Source: Prochlorococcus sp. AG-409-N21
GTDB taxonomy: Bacteria; Cyanobacteriota; Cyanobacteriia; PCC-6307; Cyanobiaceae
Reading direction: 5' to 3'
NCBI GenBank assembly: GCA_003215415.1
Contig: QCKK01000002.1
Coordinates: forward strand, 49,914-113,913
Length of the DNA: 64,000 bases
Shown piece after piece: positions 1-10,461 of this stretch; the first letter of the stretch is position 1; each line of letters starts with the position of its first letter. The notes beneath the pieces were generated by a model. That model saw nothing but the letters and a program-made list of their open reading frames with translations. It searched no databases and was not told where the DNA came from. The position numbers and the translations under genes are program-made.

Positions 1-807
1 TTGAAGAAGTAACAAAGGATCGTCTTTTGCCAAAGCAGAGACAAGGTTTAATAGCTCATTCTCTGGAACTGCTCCTAGCAAGTCCCAAACCATTTCTACT
101 TTTATAGGACCTGGAAGCAGACTTAACTGATCAAGCATGCTTTCGGCATCACGTAAACCACCTTGAGATCTTTGAGAAATTAAATGAATTGCATCCTTCT
201 GAATATCTATTTCTTCGCGAGAGGCAATCATTGTTAAATGCGCTTCAAGAGAGTCAAGAGGAATTCGTCGAAAATCAAATCTTTGGCAGCGACTAATAAT
301 TGTTGGAAGAACTCTTTGAGGATCTGTTGTTGCAAGAACAAACACAACTTGTCGAGGAGGTTCTTCAAGTGTTTTCAACAAAGCATTAAATGCAGCAGTA
401 GAGAGCATGTGACATTCATCTATGACGTAAACCTTCCAACGAGCCTGAACAGGAGCAAAGCGTGATCTTTCTATAAGTTCACGGATATTGTCGACACCAG
501 TATTGGATGCTGCATCAATTTCAATTACATCAAGGGCTGTACCACTGGAAATGTTTTGACAAAGAGAGCATTCACCGCATGGCAAAGGTGTAGGGGCTTC
601 ACTACTAAGACAATTTAGTGAGCGAGCCAATATCCGAGCACTCGAAGTTTTTCCAGTACCTCTTGGACCAGTAAATAAATATGCAGGAGCTATTCGGGAA
701 GTCTTCAGGGCTTGAGTAAGAGTCGCTGCAATTACCTCTTGCCCAACAAGAGCTTCGAAGCTTTGAGGCCTGTATTTGTGATGTAGCGGCTGGTAGACGA
801 TGCTCAT
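1..807 (-). CDS. dnaX: DNA polymerase III subunit gamma/tau, N-terminal part (3' end lies beyond the left window edge)
   Basis: Absent from the ORF track because it runs off the window. Hand translation of the minus strand from ATG 807..805 gives MSIVYQPLHHKYRPQSFEALVGQE...YLFTGPRGTGKTSSARILARSLNC (Walker A)...WKVYVIDECHMLS (Walker B)...TIISRCQRFDFRRI. This is a clamp-loader AAA+ signature, and the frame stays open to position 1. Confidence 0.85.
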   Translation of the reverse strand, partial: MSIVYQPLHHKYRPQSFEALVGQEVIAATLTQALKTSRIAPAYLFTGPRGTGKTSSARILARSLNCLSSEAPTPLPCGECSLCQNISSGTALDVIEIDAASNTGVDNIRELIERSRFAPVQARWKVYVIDECHMLSTAAFNALLKTLEEPPRQVVFVLATTDPQRVLPTIISRCQRFDFRRIPLDSLEAHLTMIASREEIDIQKDAIHLISQRSQGGLRDAESMLDQLSLLPGPIKVEMVWDLLGAVPENELLNLVSALAKDDPLLLLQ

Positions 808-835
808 GCGCTACCTGCACGAATTGTGAGGTTAC

Positions 836-1513
836 TTAATTCTTAGAATTTAATGCATTTAAAAGGCACAAGATGCGAGCTTGCAAATTTTCAACGTCTG
901 TAAGTTGATCAGCAAGGATCTGACCCTGTACTAAAAGCTTGCGGCGAAATTCAGTATTGAATTGCTCAGAAGAATATTTATAGATTCTTTGGTCCCATAA
1001 ATCTGCTTTCTCAAGAATCAAGTCAAGTTTTTTCTGCGATTTAACTTGAAAATTCGTCAATTTCTCAAGGCCTTGTATAGCCTTCATTCTTAAATTTTCA
1101 TCTAATAAACCTTTATTTTCTAAAGCCTGGAAACCCATTTCAAGAGCAAAAGGTACCAGTTTGTCTAACGCTAAATTTCCAATTCTTCGACCACTGAACA
1201 AATCCTCCGTTTGATAAGAGCGGTGCTTTCCTGTTTTGCACCAGTGAGCAAAATGTTCACAGTTATTAAACAGTAAGTTGTACTTCTGTTCTCCAATTCG
1301 ACTAATAGCCCGTCTGAGAGTATCTGCCTTAGAAGAAGCTTTGGAATGATCAACGATAAATAAGGGTTGACCTGATGAGAATTCTTCAATAGGGCTACGA
1401 ATTATTTGTCTACCTTCCAAATAATGAACAGCCGTTCCATCCCCTAGATCAATTCCATGATGTTGAAATAGTCCATGCTGCCTTGACACCCTTAGGTGAT
1501 CTGCAGAGGCCAT
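836..1513 (-). CDS. LRAT / NlpC-P60 (PLAAT, H-rev107-like) domain protein with coiled-coil-like C-terminal tail
   Basis: ORF 836..1600. The N-terminal half has a His box (HHGIDLGDGTAVHY) and the NCEHFAHWC catalytic-Cys motif of the LRAT family. The C-terminal ~110 aa are K/E/L/Q-rich and heptad-like. I place the start at ATG 1513..1511 (MASADHLRV...) because the track start is a GTG at 1600 that would overlap the clpX 3' end (stop 1518..1520). Confidence 0.6.
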   Translation of the reverse strand: MASADHLRVSRQHGLFQHHGIDLGDGTAVHYLEGRQIIRSPIEEFSSGQPLFIVDHSKASSKADTLRRAISRIGEQKYNLLFNNCEHFAHWCKTGKHRSYQTEDLFSGRRIGNLALDKLVPFALEMGFQALENKGLLDENLRMKAIQGLEKLTNFQVKSQKKLDLILEKADLWDQRIYKYSSEQFNTEFRRKLLVQGQILADQLTDVENLQARILCLLNALNSKN

Positions 1514-1517
1514 TACA

Positions 1518-2885
1518 TTAAGCAGATTCTTTCTCTGAAAGTTTTTCGCTTGCAGGCAATGGCAGAACTTTTGCCCCAGTATGAGCATCAACCATTGCAC
1601 GAGTTACCGTAAAAGCCTTGACATTTTTCTTAGATGGCAAGTCATACATAAGATCAAGCATTAATTCCTCAACTATTCCTCTTAAAGCTCTAGCCCCAGT
1701 TTTTCTTCGATAGGCTTCTTCAGCTATTGCTTCAATAGCAGAAGATTCAAATTCAAGCTCTACATTATCCATGCTGAGAAGTGTGCTGAATTGCTTAACC
1801 AATGCATCCCTTGGTTCAGTGAGAATAGATTCGAGTGCTGAAGCATCCAAAGGCTCTAAAACTGCACTAACAGGCATCCTTCCAATAAATTCAGGAATTA
1901 GTCCATAGCGCACTAAATCGTCAGGCTGCAGCTCCCTTAAGACCTGAGTAGCTTGAAGGCTTCGACTAGAGACACGTGCCCCCCTGCCCGCACGACTATC
2001 AGTAGGCATAAACCCTATTGAATTACGGCCAAGTCTTTTCTGAACAACATCTTCAAGACCTACAAAAGCTCCCCCACAAATAAATAGAATTTGACTGGTG
2101 TCTATTTGAATACAATCGTGATAAGGATGCTTTCTACCTCCTTGAGGTGGAACATTCGCGACAGTTCCTTCCAACATTTTCAATAATGCTTGCTGAACTC
2201 CCTCACCTGAAACATCCCTTGTTATTGAAGGGTTTTCACTCTTCCTAGCAATTTTGTCAATTTCATCGATATAAATAATTCCCCTTTGTGCTTGATCAAC
2301 GTCCATATCAGCCTTTTGAAGAAGACGTAGCAAGATATTTTCTACATCTTCACCCACATATCCAGCTTCAGTAAGTGTGGTTGCATCAGCAACAGCAAAG
2401 GGCACATCTAGCATTTCAGCCAAAGTCTGCGCAAGCAGAGTCTTGCCACAACCAGTTGGTCCAATTAAAAGAATATTGGACTTATGCAATTTTGTTGCTG
2501 TTTGCTCTGTTTCTCCTGAACCATCACCTTGCCAAGCCAACCGTTTGTAATGGTTGTAAACAGCAACCGATAAAACTTTTTTGGCATCTTCTTGCCCCAC
2601 AACTTGCTCATCTAAAAAACTCTTGATTTCAATAGGCTTTGGAATAGATGCCAGCGTTGGTGCGGGCTTACCTGAATTATGGGTTGCTGAAGACGACTTT
2701 CTAGAGGCTTCATTTGCATGACGAGGGTTGCCTTGACTATCAAATAACTCTTCATCCAAAATCTCATTGCAGAGATCTATGCATTCGTCGCAGATATAAA
2801 CACCTGGTCCTGCAATCAACTTTCTTACTTGCTCCTGCGACTTGCCGCAAAAAGAGCATTTCAAATGAGCATCAAATTTTGTCAT
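1518..2885 (-). CDS. clpX: ATP-dependent Clp protease ATP-binding subunit ClpX
   Basis: N-terminal zinc ribbon (CSFCGK...CDECIDLC), Walker A GPTGCGKT, Walker [10 protein letters not shown], and a typical ClpX C-terminus. ATG start; sits upstream of clpP. Confidence 0.97.
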   Translation of the reverse strand: MTKFDAHLKCSFCGKSQEQVRKLIAGPGVYICDECIDLCNEILDEELFDSQGNPRHANEASRKSSSATHNSGKPAPTLASIPKPIEIKSFLDEQVVGQEDAKKVLSVAVYNHYKRLAWQGDGSGETEQTATKLHKSNILLIGPTGCGKTLLAQTLAEMLDVPFAVADATTLTEAGYVGEDVENILLRLLQKADMDVDQAQRGIIYIDEIDKIARKSENPSITRDVSGEGVQQALLKMLEGTVANVPPQGGRKHPYHDCIQIDTSQILFICGGAFVGLEDVVQKRLGRNSIGFMPTDSRAGRGARVSSRSLQATQVLRELQPDDLVRYGLIPEFIGRMPVSAVLEPLDASALESILTEPRDALVKQFSTLLSMDNVELEFESSAIEAIAEEAYRRKTGARALRGIVEELMLDLMYDLPSKKNVKAFTVTRAMVDAHTGAKVLPLPASEKLSEKESA

Positions 2886-2997
2886 CGGAGTTGGTCACTT
2901 CAATGAATTTCACAGGAATGACGAAGATGGCCAGCCTGAACTCATAGGATCGTCCGAAAAGAGCTCTTCGTCAGCCTTCCGTTACGATTTATCCGTT

Positions 2998-3645
2998 CTA
3001 GAGGCAATCAACCACTCGGTCAATTAATCCATATTCAACCGCTTCTTCCGGGGAAAGGAAGTGGTCTCTATCAGTATCCTCAGAGATTTTTTCAATCGAT
3101 TGGCCAGTATGCTCTGCCAAAAGGCCATTCAAAGTTTCCTTAAGATACAGAATTTCTTTAGCTTGAATTTCAATTTCCACTGCCTGTCCTTGAGCCCCGC
3201 CCAAGGGTTGGTGAATCATTATTCTTGAGTTTGGAAGGGCAAGTCGCTTACCTTTACAACCACCAGAAAGAAGAAATGCACCCATGCTTGCAGCCAATCC
3301 ATAGCAAATAGTTACTACATCTGGAGTGACTTGCTGCATGGTGTCATAGATAGCTAACCCGGCCGTAACAGAGCCACCAGGGGAATTGATATAAATTTGT
3401 ATATCTTTTTCTGGATCTTCAGCCTCCAGAAAAAGCATCTGAGCAACCAATGAGTCTGCTAACTGATCATTAACTTCAGTACCAAGAAATATAATCCGCT
3501 CCCTCAAAAGTCGAGAATAAATATCAAATGCTCGATCACCACGCCCAGATTGTTCAACAACAGTAGGGACAATGTTCTGTTGAGATTGAGGAAACAACCC
3601 TTCCCATAGGTTGTTAATTAGATAATGCGAAGAAGAGTTGATCAC
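2998..3645 (-). CDS. clpP: ATP-dependent Clp protease proteolytic subunit
   Basis: [26 protein letters not shown], and catalytic Ser context [16 protein letters not shown]. The track start is a GTG; the true start may be further in, near ...[11 protein letters not shown]. Confidence 0.93.
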   Translation of the reverse strand: MINSSSHYLINNLWEGLFPQSQQNIVPTVVEQSGRGDRAFDIYSRLLRERIIFLGTEVNDQLADSLVAQMLFLEAEDPEKDIQIYINSPGGSVTAGLAIYDTMQQVTPDVVTICYGLAASMGAFLLSGGCKGKRLALPNSRIMIHQPLGGAQGQAVEIEIQAKEILYLKETLNGLLAEHTGQSIEKISEDTDRDHFLSPEEAVEYGLIDRVVDCL

Positions 3646-3690
3646 ACGAAAAAGAGTGGCTAGGTTTTGATTGAATTAATAAAAAAGTAA

Positions 3691-5136
3691 TCAAGAAGAA
3701 CCTGAATCTCCTCGGCCAGAAGAAGCCTTTTTGTTTTCCTTGGAAGTAGACGAGGAACTAGATTTTACTTTAGCCCCTTTAGGCTTGATTTTGGCTTTGG
3801 CTGAGTCAGAAGAATCACTTTCTTTATTCTCAATTATTGTACTGTTATCTCCCAACCAATTAATCAACTTATCCTTCAGAAGGTCTTCACGCACAACAAT
3901 TCGAAGCCTTTGAATATCTATATTCTTCTGATCAGAAAGTTCATTGCTTAATTCTTTGATCTTTGTTTCTACTTCTTGATCATCAACCTTGATATCTTCA
4001 CTTAATGCCAGTGCCTTAAGTGCAAAATTTGCCCTAAGATTATTTTCCGCTTCAGGGCGTGAAGATTCCATCAAAGATTTTACTAAGTCAGGCGTAAACA
4101 TAGATTTCACATCCATTCCCTGTTGAGCAAAGTTACTAGCCGTTTGCTCTATAAGATTACGAATCTCGTTTTGAATTAATGATTCCGGTAGCTCAACTTC
4201 GACTTCCTTAACCAAGGCGTCTAGAAGGGCACTCTTTCTATTATTATCATTTTTTCTTTTAGCATCTTTTTTAAGCCTTTCCTCAAGCTCATCCCTTAAT
4301 TCTTTAAGACTAGATTTATCACTAGCTTGTCTAGCAAATTCATCATCCAAAGGTGGAAGTTCTCTAGTCTTAAGATCATTGAGAGTAAGAGTAAATTCAG
4401 CCTCTCGTCCACGTGCTTGTTCATCTGAATAATCGTCAGGAAATTTACATTTAATATTCCTTTTCTCATTCAAATTCATACCTAATATTCCCTCAACAAA
4501 TCCTGGGATCATACGATCTGTTTCTAAATCAATATCCATCGAATCAGCATCTCCACCTTTAATTGATTTACCATCATCACCATATATCCCTTTAAAGCTA
4601 ACAACTGCAATATCTCCTTTTTGAGCTTTACGGTCTAATACTGGAATAATTGTTGCCATTTGCTTTCTAGATTCTTGTAGAAGTTCATCCACTTTGGAAG
4701 CATCAAAACTAACCAATTGTGTTGTTACTTCAAACCCAGTTTTTTTCTTTAAGTTAGGAGTAGGTTCTACGTCTGTCTCAAAAGTAAAAGTAAACGGTTG
4801 ACCCGGTTCAAAGGCTTCTAATAAGGATTCAAACCCACCAACTAATTCAGGTTCAGAAAGAGGCTTTAAAGATTCTTGCTCTAAAGCCTCTTTCCAAACT
4901 CCATCAGCAAGAGTTTCAAGTGCTGTAGCGCGAATGCGAACAAGGCCTATTTGCTGTATTAAAACAGCTCTAGGAACTTTTCCCTTCCTAAAGCCAGGCA
5001 ACGTGACTGACCGACTTAAACGAGACAAGGCCTCGTCATAACCCGCCTGACTCCTGTCGGGTGGCACTTCTATACTTACTGCTATTCGGCTAGCAGGGCG
5101 AGCTTCAACGCCAATTTTCAAACCAACAGGACCCAT
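3691..5136 (-). CDS. tig: Trigger factor with Lys/Ser-rich C-terminal tail
   Basis: The N-terminal ribosome-binding motif (LPGFRKGKVPRAVL), a central FKBP-like region and the clpX-clpP-tig synteny fit trigger factor. ATG start. Confidence 0.9.
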   Translation of the reverse strand: MGPVGLKIGVEARPASRIAVSIEVPPDRSQAGYDEALSRLSRSVTLPGFRKGKVPRAVLIQQIGLVRIRATALETLADGVWKEALEQESLKPLSEPELVGGFESLLEAFEPGQPFTFTFETDVEPTPNLKKKTGFEVTTQLVSFDASKVDELLQESRKQMATIIPVLDRKAQKGDIAVVSFKGIYGDDGKSIKGGDADSMDIDLETDRMIPGFVEGILGMNLNEKRNIKCKFPDDYSDEQARGREAEFTLTLNDLKTRELPPLDDEFARQASDKSSLKELRDELEERLKKDAKRKNDNNRKSALLDALVKEVEVELPESLIQNEIRNLIEQTASNFAQQGMDVKSMFTPDLVKSLMESSRPEAENNLRANFALKALALSEDIKVDDQEVETKIKELSNELSDQKNIDIQRLRIVVREDLLKDKLINWLGDNSTIIENKESDSSDSAKAKIKPKGAKVKSSSSSTSKENKKASSGRGDSGSS

Positions 5137-5309
5137 TAGCGTGCAAAGAAATGAAGATCATCACCTTAAGGAACAATCCCCTAATCCGTTAAGCCTTATT
5201 GTAGAGATAAGTTTTTGATTTATGAACCATGAGCCCTTGTACCCTTATGGGGTATTGGTGCCTCAGTCAAATCAACAGCAGATTTGTTGTTTAAAGCTGA
5301 TTAATCAGA

Positions 5310-6341
5310 TTGTTACCTAAACCCTGTTTCCCCAAAAGACCTCTCAAAGTTGCCGTATTAGGAGCAACGGGTGCCGTTGGCACAGAAATCATCAAAATCC
5401 TAGATGAAAGATCTTTTCCAATAGGACATTTATTGCCACTGGCATCTAGAAAATCGGCTGGTAATTTACAAAAATGGAAAAATGAAACAATAAAAATAGA
5501 AGAAGTCAATGCCAAATCATTTAATGGGATTGATCTAGTCCTTGCTTCTGCTGGAGGATCAATATCTAAGGCGTGGAAAAACGTAATACTTGAGTCTGGT
5601 GCTCTCTTAATAGATAACTCAAGTGCATTTAGAATGGATCAAGGGGTGCCATTAGTAGTCCCAGAAGTAAACCCTAATGATGCTTTTCAACATCAGGGTT
5701 TAATAGCAAATCCAAATTGCACTACCATTCTACTTTCACTCGTGCTTGCACCATTAACAGCCGAAATACCAATAAATAGAGTAATTGTTAGTACATATCA
5801 ATCTGCAAGTGGCGCAGGGGCTATGGCCATGGAAGAATTGAAACAATTAAGTAAAGCATTTCTAGAAGGGAGAGAAGAACAAAGTCAGGTTTTACCTTAT
5901 TCTTTGGCATTCAACTTGTTTTTGCATAACTCACCTCTTCAAGAAAATAATTATTGCGAAGAAGAAATGAAGATGGCTAATGAAACCAGAAAGATCATGG
6001 GAATACCAAATTTGAATTTCTCAGCAACATGTGTACGTGTTCCTGTGCTCAGAGCTCATTCAGAATCTATTAATATCGAATTCTCAAAACCGTTTGAAGT
6101 AGAAAATGCAAGACAAATTCTGAACTCATCACCAGGTATAAAACTGCTTGAGGAATTCGAAAATAATCGTTTCCCAATGCCTACTGATGTCACAGGTAAA
6201 GATGATGTAATGGTTGGGAGAATTCGTCAAGACATCAGTCATCCGAATGCAATTGAGTTATGGCTTTGTGGAGATCAAATTCGCAAAGGAGCCGCACTTA
6301 ATGCCATCCAAATAGCTGAATTGTTTTTACCTAAATCATGA
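5310..6341 (+). CDS. asd: Aspartate-semialdehyde dehydrogenase
   Basis: [11 protein letters not shown] Rossmann motif and active-site context [19 protein letters not shown]. The track start is TTG, so the exact start is uncertain. Confidence 0.93.
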   Translation: MLPKPCFPKRPLKVAVLGATGAVGTEIIKILDERSFPIGHLLPLASRKSAGNLQKWKNETIKIEEVNAKSFNGIDLVLASAGGSISKAWKNVILESGALLIDNSSAFRMDQGVPLVVPEVNPNDAFQHQGLIANPNCTTILLSLVLAPLTAEIPINRVIVSTYQSASGAGAMAMEELKQLSKAFLEGREEQSQVLPYSLAFNLFLHNSPLQENNYCEEEMKMANETRKIMGIPNLNFSATCVRVPVLRAHSESINIEFSKPFEVENARQILNSSPGIKLLEEFENNRFPMPTDVTGKDDVMVGRIRQDISHPNAIELWLCGDQIRKGAALNAIQIAELFLPKS

Positions 6342-7246
6342 GCCCTATAGCCGAATCATCCCCAGCACCCTTTGGCCGCTTGCTTACAGCAATGGTTACC
6401 CCTTTTGATTGTGATGGACAATTAGATCTTGCATTAGCAGGTCGGCTTGCTCGTTATTTAATAGATGAAGAATCAGATGGGCTAGTAGTTTGCGGAACAA
6501 CTGGTGAGTCACCAACACTCAGCTGGGCAGAACAGCATCAATTAATCAATGCTGTACGCCAGGCAGTAGGTCCTGGAGTCAACGTACTTGCTGGAACAGG
6601 GAGCAATAGCACCGAAGAAGCTGTAGAGGCAACTATCAAAGCTGAAGAAGCAGGGGCCGACGGTGCTTTGGTAGTAGTCCCTTATTACAACAAGCCCCCA
6701 CAAGAAGGACTAGAGGCTCATTTCCGTGCAATAGCAACCGCAACTCCAGAATTGCCTCTTATGCTTTACAACATTCCAGGGCGCACAGGATGTTCTTTAT
6801 CTCCGATCACTGTTGCGCGTTTAATGGATTGCAAAAATGTGCTTAGCTTTAAAGCAGCTAGCGGAACGACTCAAGAAGTTACGCAATTAAGGCTGCAATG
6901 TGGCCCTAGACTCGCTGTATATAGCGGAGACGATGCATTACTTCTTCCAATGCTTTCTGTTGGAGCTGTAGGGGTAGTTAGTGTGGCTAGTCATGTAGTA
7001 GGTCGTCGCCTAAATGCGATGATCAAAGCCTATCTAAGTGGACAGTCTGCTCTAGCTCTTGGTTATCACGAGCAATTGCAACCTCTCTTTAAAGCTCTAT
7101 TTAGCACTACAAATCCGATCCCAATAAAAGCAGCACTAGAACTCTCTGGTTGGCCTGTCGGACCGCCTCGTAGCCCGTTACTCCCTCTCAATGCCGACAT
7201 GAAAGAAAAACTCTCTGACATCCTTATGGCCATTCATCAACCTTAA
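6338..7246 (+). CDS. dapA: 4-hydroxy-tetrahydrodipicolinate synthase
   Basis: [21 protein letters not shown] and the YNIPGRTG motif. The ATGA overlaps the asd stop. Confidence 0.95.
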   Translation: MSPIAESSPAPFGRLLTAMVTPFDCDGQLDLALAGRLARYLIDEESDGLVVCGTTGESPTLSWAEQHQLINAVRQAVGPGVNVLAGTGSNSTEEAVEATIKAEEAGADGALVVVPYYNKPPQEGLEAHFRAIATATPELPLMLYNIPGRTGCSLSPITVARLMDCKNVLSFKAASGTTQEVTQLRLQCGPRLAVYSGDDALLLPMLSVGAVGVVSVASHVVGRRLNAMIKAYLSGQSALALGYHEQLQPLFKALFSTTNPIPIKAALELSGWPVGPPRSPLLPLNADMKEKLSDILMAIHQP

Positions 7247-7337
7247 AAATCAAATTTTTTTATTCCTCTAAATTCATCTCCAATGAAATTCAACTAATTA
7301 ATTTTCCATAACTAATTTTTCTACAGAAGTACTTCCA

Positions 7338-9335
7338 ATGACCTCTAGTTCCAATCATTCCTCAACTTCCCAACTCAGATCTTCATCAGATAGAAAGAAA
7401 TCTGAAACTTGCTTACGAGTCATTCCCCTTGGCGGACTACACGAGATAGGTAAAAATACCTGTGTATTTGAGTATGGCGATGAGATCATGCTCGTGGATG
7501 CAGGACTTGCATTCCCTAGCGATGGCATGCATGGCGTAAATGTTGTAATGCCAGATACAACCTACCTACGTGATAATCAACAACGCATAAGAGGAATGAT
7601 TGTGACCCATGGTCACGAAGACCATATTGGAGGTATCTCTCACCACTTAAAACATTTCAAAATCCCAGTGATTCATGGACCTCGTTTGGCAATGTCCATG
7701 CTTCAGGGAAAAATGGACGAAGCTGGTGTTTCTGATAGGACAACAATTCAAACTGTAGGTCCACGAGATGTAGTCAAAGTTGGGCAAAGTTTCTCAGTGG
7801 AATTCATAAGAAATACTCACTCAATGGCAGACAGTTTTTCTTTGGCAATTTCAACCCCAGTTGGAACAATAATCTTTACAGGTGACTTTAAATTTGATCA
7901 TACTCCGGTAGATGGAGAACATTTCGACTTGGCAAGGCTGGCATACCATGGAGATAAAGGGGTCTTATGTCTATTTAGTGATTCAACAAATGCTGAAGTA
8001 GCGGGGTTCTGCCCTCCAGAAAGATCAGTATTTCCATCACTAGACCGTCATATTTCTGAAGCAAATGGTCGAGTAATAATTACAACGTTTGCCAGCTCAA
8101 TTCATCGTGTTGCAATGATCCTTGAATTGGCGTTGAAAAATGGAAGAAAAGTGGGCTTACTTGGGAGATCAATGCTCAATGTAATCGCCAAAGCACGTGA
8201 GCTTGGATATATGCGAGCACCTGATGATTTATTCGTCCCAATTAAACAGATTAGAGATTTACCTGATCAAGAAACTCTTTTATTAATGACAGGAAGTCAA
8301 GGTGAACCCTTGGCAGCCCTAAGTCGAATATCTCGGGGTGAGCACCAACATGTGCAGGTAAAAACAAGCGATACAATTATCTTCTCTGCTAGTCCAATTC
8401 CTGGCAACACAATCTCAGTCGTAAACACGATTGATAGATTAATGATGTTAGGTGCAAAAGTCGTGTATGGGAAAGGCGAAGGCATACATGTATCTGGACA
8501 TGGCTTCCAAGAAGATCAAAAACTAATGCTCGCTCTTACAAAGCCAAGATTCTTTGTTCCTGTTCATGGAGAGCATCGCATGCTCGTTTGCCACAGCAAA
8601 AGTGCTCAATCTATGGGCATGCCTTCAGAGAATATCTTGATAATTGATAACGGAGATGTAGTCGAACTACGAGAAAACTCAATAGAGAAATCTGATCCTG
8701 TAAAAGCTGGGATCGAATTACTTGATGCCTCACGCAATGGCATTGTCGATTCAAGAGTTTTAAAAGAGAGACAACAACTTGCTGAAGATGGCGTAGTAAC
8801 AGTTTTATCCGCTATTAGTACTGATGGTGTAATGGTTGCCCCACCCAGAGTCAATCTGCGCGGTGTTGTGACAACTGTTGATGCAAGAAAGATGTCTGCC
8901 TGGACAGAACGAGAGATAAGTTGGGTTTTAGAAAATCGTTGGAAACAATTAACTCGTCAAACTGGAGGTAAAACTCCTGAAATTGACTGGATGGGCATTC
9001 AACGTGAAATAGAAGTAGGACTAGCACGACGCATGAGAAGAGAATTACAAGTTGAACCATTAATCCTTTGCCTTGTTCAACCTGCACCTGGAGGGACACC
9101 TGCGTATAAAGTCCAATCTGATCTAGAGCCTGATTCAAAACCTTTAACTACGAATCGATTAAATTCTCAAAACGGGGCAATGCGTACTCCAGGAAGAAAT
9201 CTACAGGAAGGAAATTCATCCAAAGGGCATGAAAAAACTGACTCGAATACAAGCAATCATTCAAAAAATTTGAATAAAACAGAAACAGAATTGCCTACTG
9301 GAAGAACCCGTAGACGCAGATCTGCCGTTGCTTGA
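7338..9335 (+). CDS. rnj: Ribonuclease J (metallo-beta-lactamase/beta-CASP) with low-complexity, Arg-rich C-terminal tail
   Basis: The HGHEDHIGG motif and beta-CASP region (HVSGHG, VPVHGE) are present. The last ~80 aa are S/N/T/K-rich and end in GRTRRRRSAVA. Confidence 0.92.
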   Translation: MTSSSNHSSTSQLRSSSDRKKSETCLRVIPLGGLHEIGKNTCVFEYGDEIMLVDAGLAFPSDGMHGVNVVMPDTTYLRDNQQRIRGMIVTHGHEDHIGGISHHLKHFKIPVIHGPRLAMSMLQGKMDEAGVSDRTTIQTVGPRDVVKVGQSFSVEFIRNTHSMADSFSLAISTPVGTIIFTGDFKFDHTPVDGEHFDLARLAYHGDKGVLCLFSDSTNAEVAGFCPPERSVFPSLDRHISEANGRVIITTFASSIHRVAMILELALKNGRKVGLLGRSMLNVIAKARELGYMRAPDDLFVPIKQIRDLPDQETLLLMTGSQGEPLAALSRISRGEHQHVQVKTSDTIIFSASPIPGNTISVVNTIDRLMMLGAKVVYGKGEGIHVSGHGFQEDQKLMLALTKPRFFVPVHGEHRMLVCHSKSAQSMGMPSENILIIDNGDVVELRENSIEKSDPVKAGIELLDASRNGIVDSRVLKERQQLAEDGVVTVLSAISTDGVMVAPPRVNLRGVVTTVDARKMSAWTEREISWVLENRWKQLTRQTGGKTPEIDWMGIQREIEVGLARRMRRELQVEPLILCLVQPAPGGTPAYKVQSDLEPDSKPLTTNRLNSQNGAMRTPGRNLQEGNSSKGHEKTDSNTSNHSKNLNKTETELPTGRTRRRRSAVA

Positions 9336-9356
9336 TTAGATATTTAATTATCTCTA

Positions 9357-10379
9357 TTACGTCTTTTCGGAAGAAATTAATCTAATTAGATCACGTGTCC
9401 AAATTATTTGCCAACCTTTAGGCAAACACCGAGAGCCAGGACGCTTACCCTTCGCAATGCTCTTACTTAATTCATCAAATAAAGCAGCAGTAATTGATGG
9501 CACATGCAACTGCCTAAACCAATGAGCTAATAATGAAGTTCGGACAGTTTCTGGTAATTTGGCAAATCTTAGTCGACATAAACCTAATGGGGTTTTCAAA
9601 GAATCTAGTGCTAATTGTGAAATTACTTGCTTATCATGATTATAATTATTTATCCTCTCAGAAAGAGAAGAAATTCGCATGCTGCTGCCTGGCTTAATAT
9701 CTTCAAAGATTGGAATAACATCTTTCCTTAAACGATTACGAACAAGATTCTTATTTGTATTAGATGGATCAATCCAAACTGGCAATTGCAAATCTTGACA
9801 AATTTGTTGAGTCTCTTCTCGACTGAAAGAAAGCAAAGGGCGTATTAATTGAACACTATGATTAAGTGATCTCTTTTCTTTTAGACTACAAAGTCCAGGC
9901 AAGTCAGAACCTCTAATTAAATTAATCAAGAATGTTTCTGTACGATCACTAGCTGTATGAGCAGTAAGGACATAATCGCATGAAATTTCTTGATCATTGG
10001 TAGATATCGATTGTGCTCTTAGAAGTAGGTTTTGATATCTCCAGTTTCTAGCCTTAGTTTCAGTATTGGCTTCTCCATTAGCAGCTTTATCCAAGTAGAA
10101 AGGCAGTTGTCTGTCTTCACACCACTTTTGCAATTCACAAGCAATTTGAGATGACTTGCTATGCCAACAATGATTCCCATGCCAAATATAAAGCTTCCAT
10201 TCATGCAAGCGTTTTAAATCAAGCAAGAGACGAAGCATCGCCATCGAATCTTGGCCTCCTGATACTGCAACAAGCAGTGCAGCGCCAAGAGGCAATAATT
10301 CTGGATCTGCAAGCAATTGTTTGTGCAGACGCTCATGCCAGCAGCTCCAGGGGTTAATACTGGAGATTGGTTTTGCCAT
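9357..10379 (-). CDS. tilS: tRNA(Ile)-lysidine synthase
   Basis: PP-loop VAVSGGQDSMAM with downstream TAHTASDRTETFLINLIRG, typical of TilS. Confidence 0.88.
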   Translation of the reverse strand: MAKPISSINPWSCWHERLHKQLLADPELLPLGAALLVAVSGGQDSMAMLRLLLDLKRLHEWKLYIWHGNHCWHSKSSQIACELQKWCEDRQLPFYLDKAANGEANTETKARNWRYQNLLLRAQSISTNDQEISCDYVLTAHTASDRTETFLINLIRGSDLPGLCSLKEKRSLNHSVQLIRPLLSFSREETQQICQDLQLPVWIDPSNTNKNLVRNRLRKDVIPIFEDIKPGSSMRISSLSERINNYNHDKQVISQLALDSLKTPLGLCRLRFAKLPETVRTSLLAHWFRQLHVPSITAALFDELSKSIAKGKRPGSRCLPKGWQIIWTRDLIRLISSEKT

Positions 10380-10461
10380 GATGTAGGTGAACCCACATTC
10401 AGAAGGCTTTTATTGCTTTCATTGAATGAATGGGAAAATCAATTGAATTCATGATCCTTAC

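Noticed and set aside
605-820. The 71-aa minus-strand ORF from the track at the left edge, and many similar 60-100-aa antisense or overlapping ORFs throughout the track (e.g. 1171..1389, 2375..2626, 8297..9138, 10019..10396, 21500..22183).
   Set aside because: Each lies inside or antisense to a long ORF with clear family motifs. 605..820 is an alternative frame of dnaX, whose real frame I translated by hand.
3691-3850. Lys/Ser-rich C-terminal tail of trigger factor and the acidic/Ser-rich N-terminal extension of MutS (19430..19682) as possible novel domains.
   Set aside because: These are low-complexity extensions with no motif content, and such tails are common in these lineages. Nothing testable can be drawn from the sequence alone.
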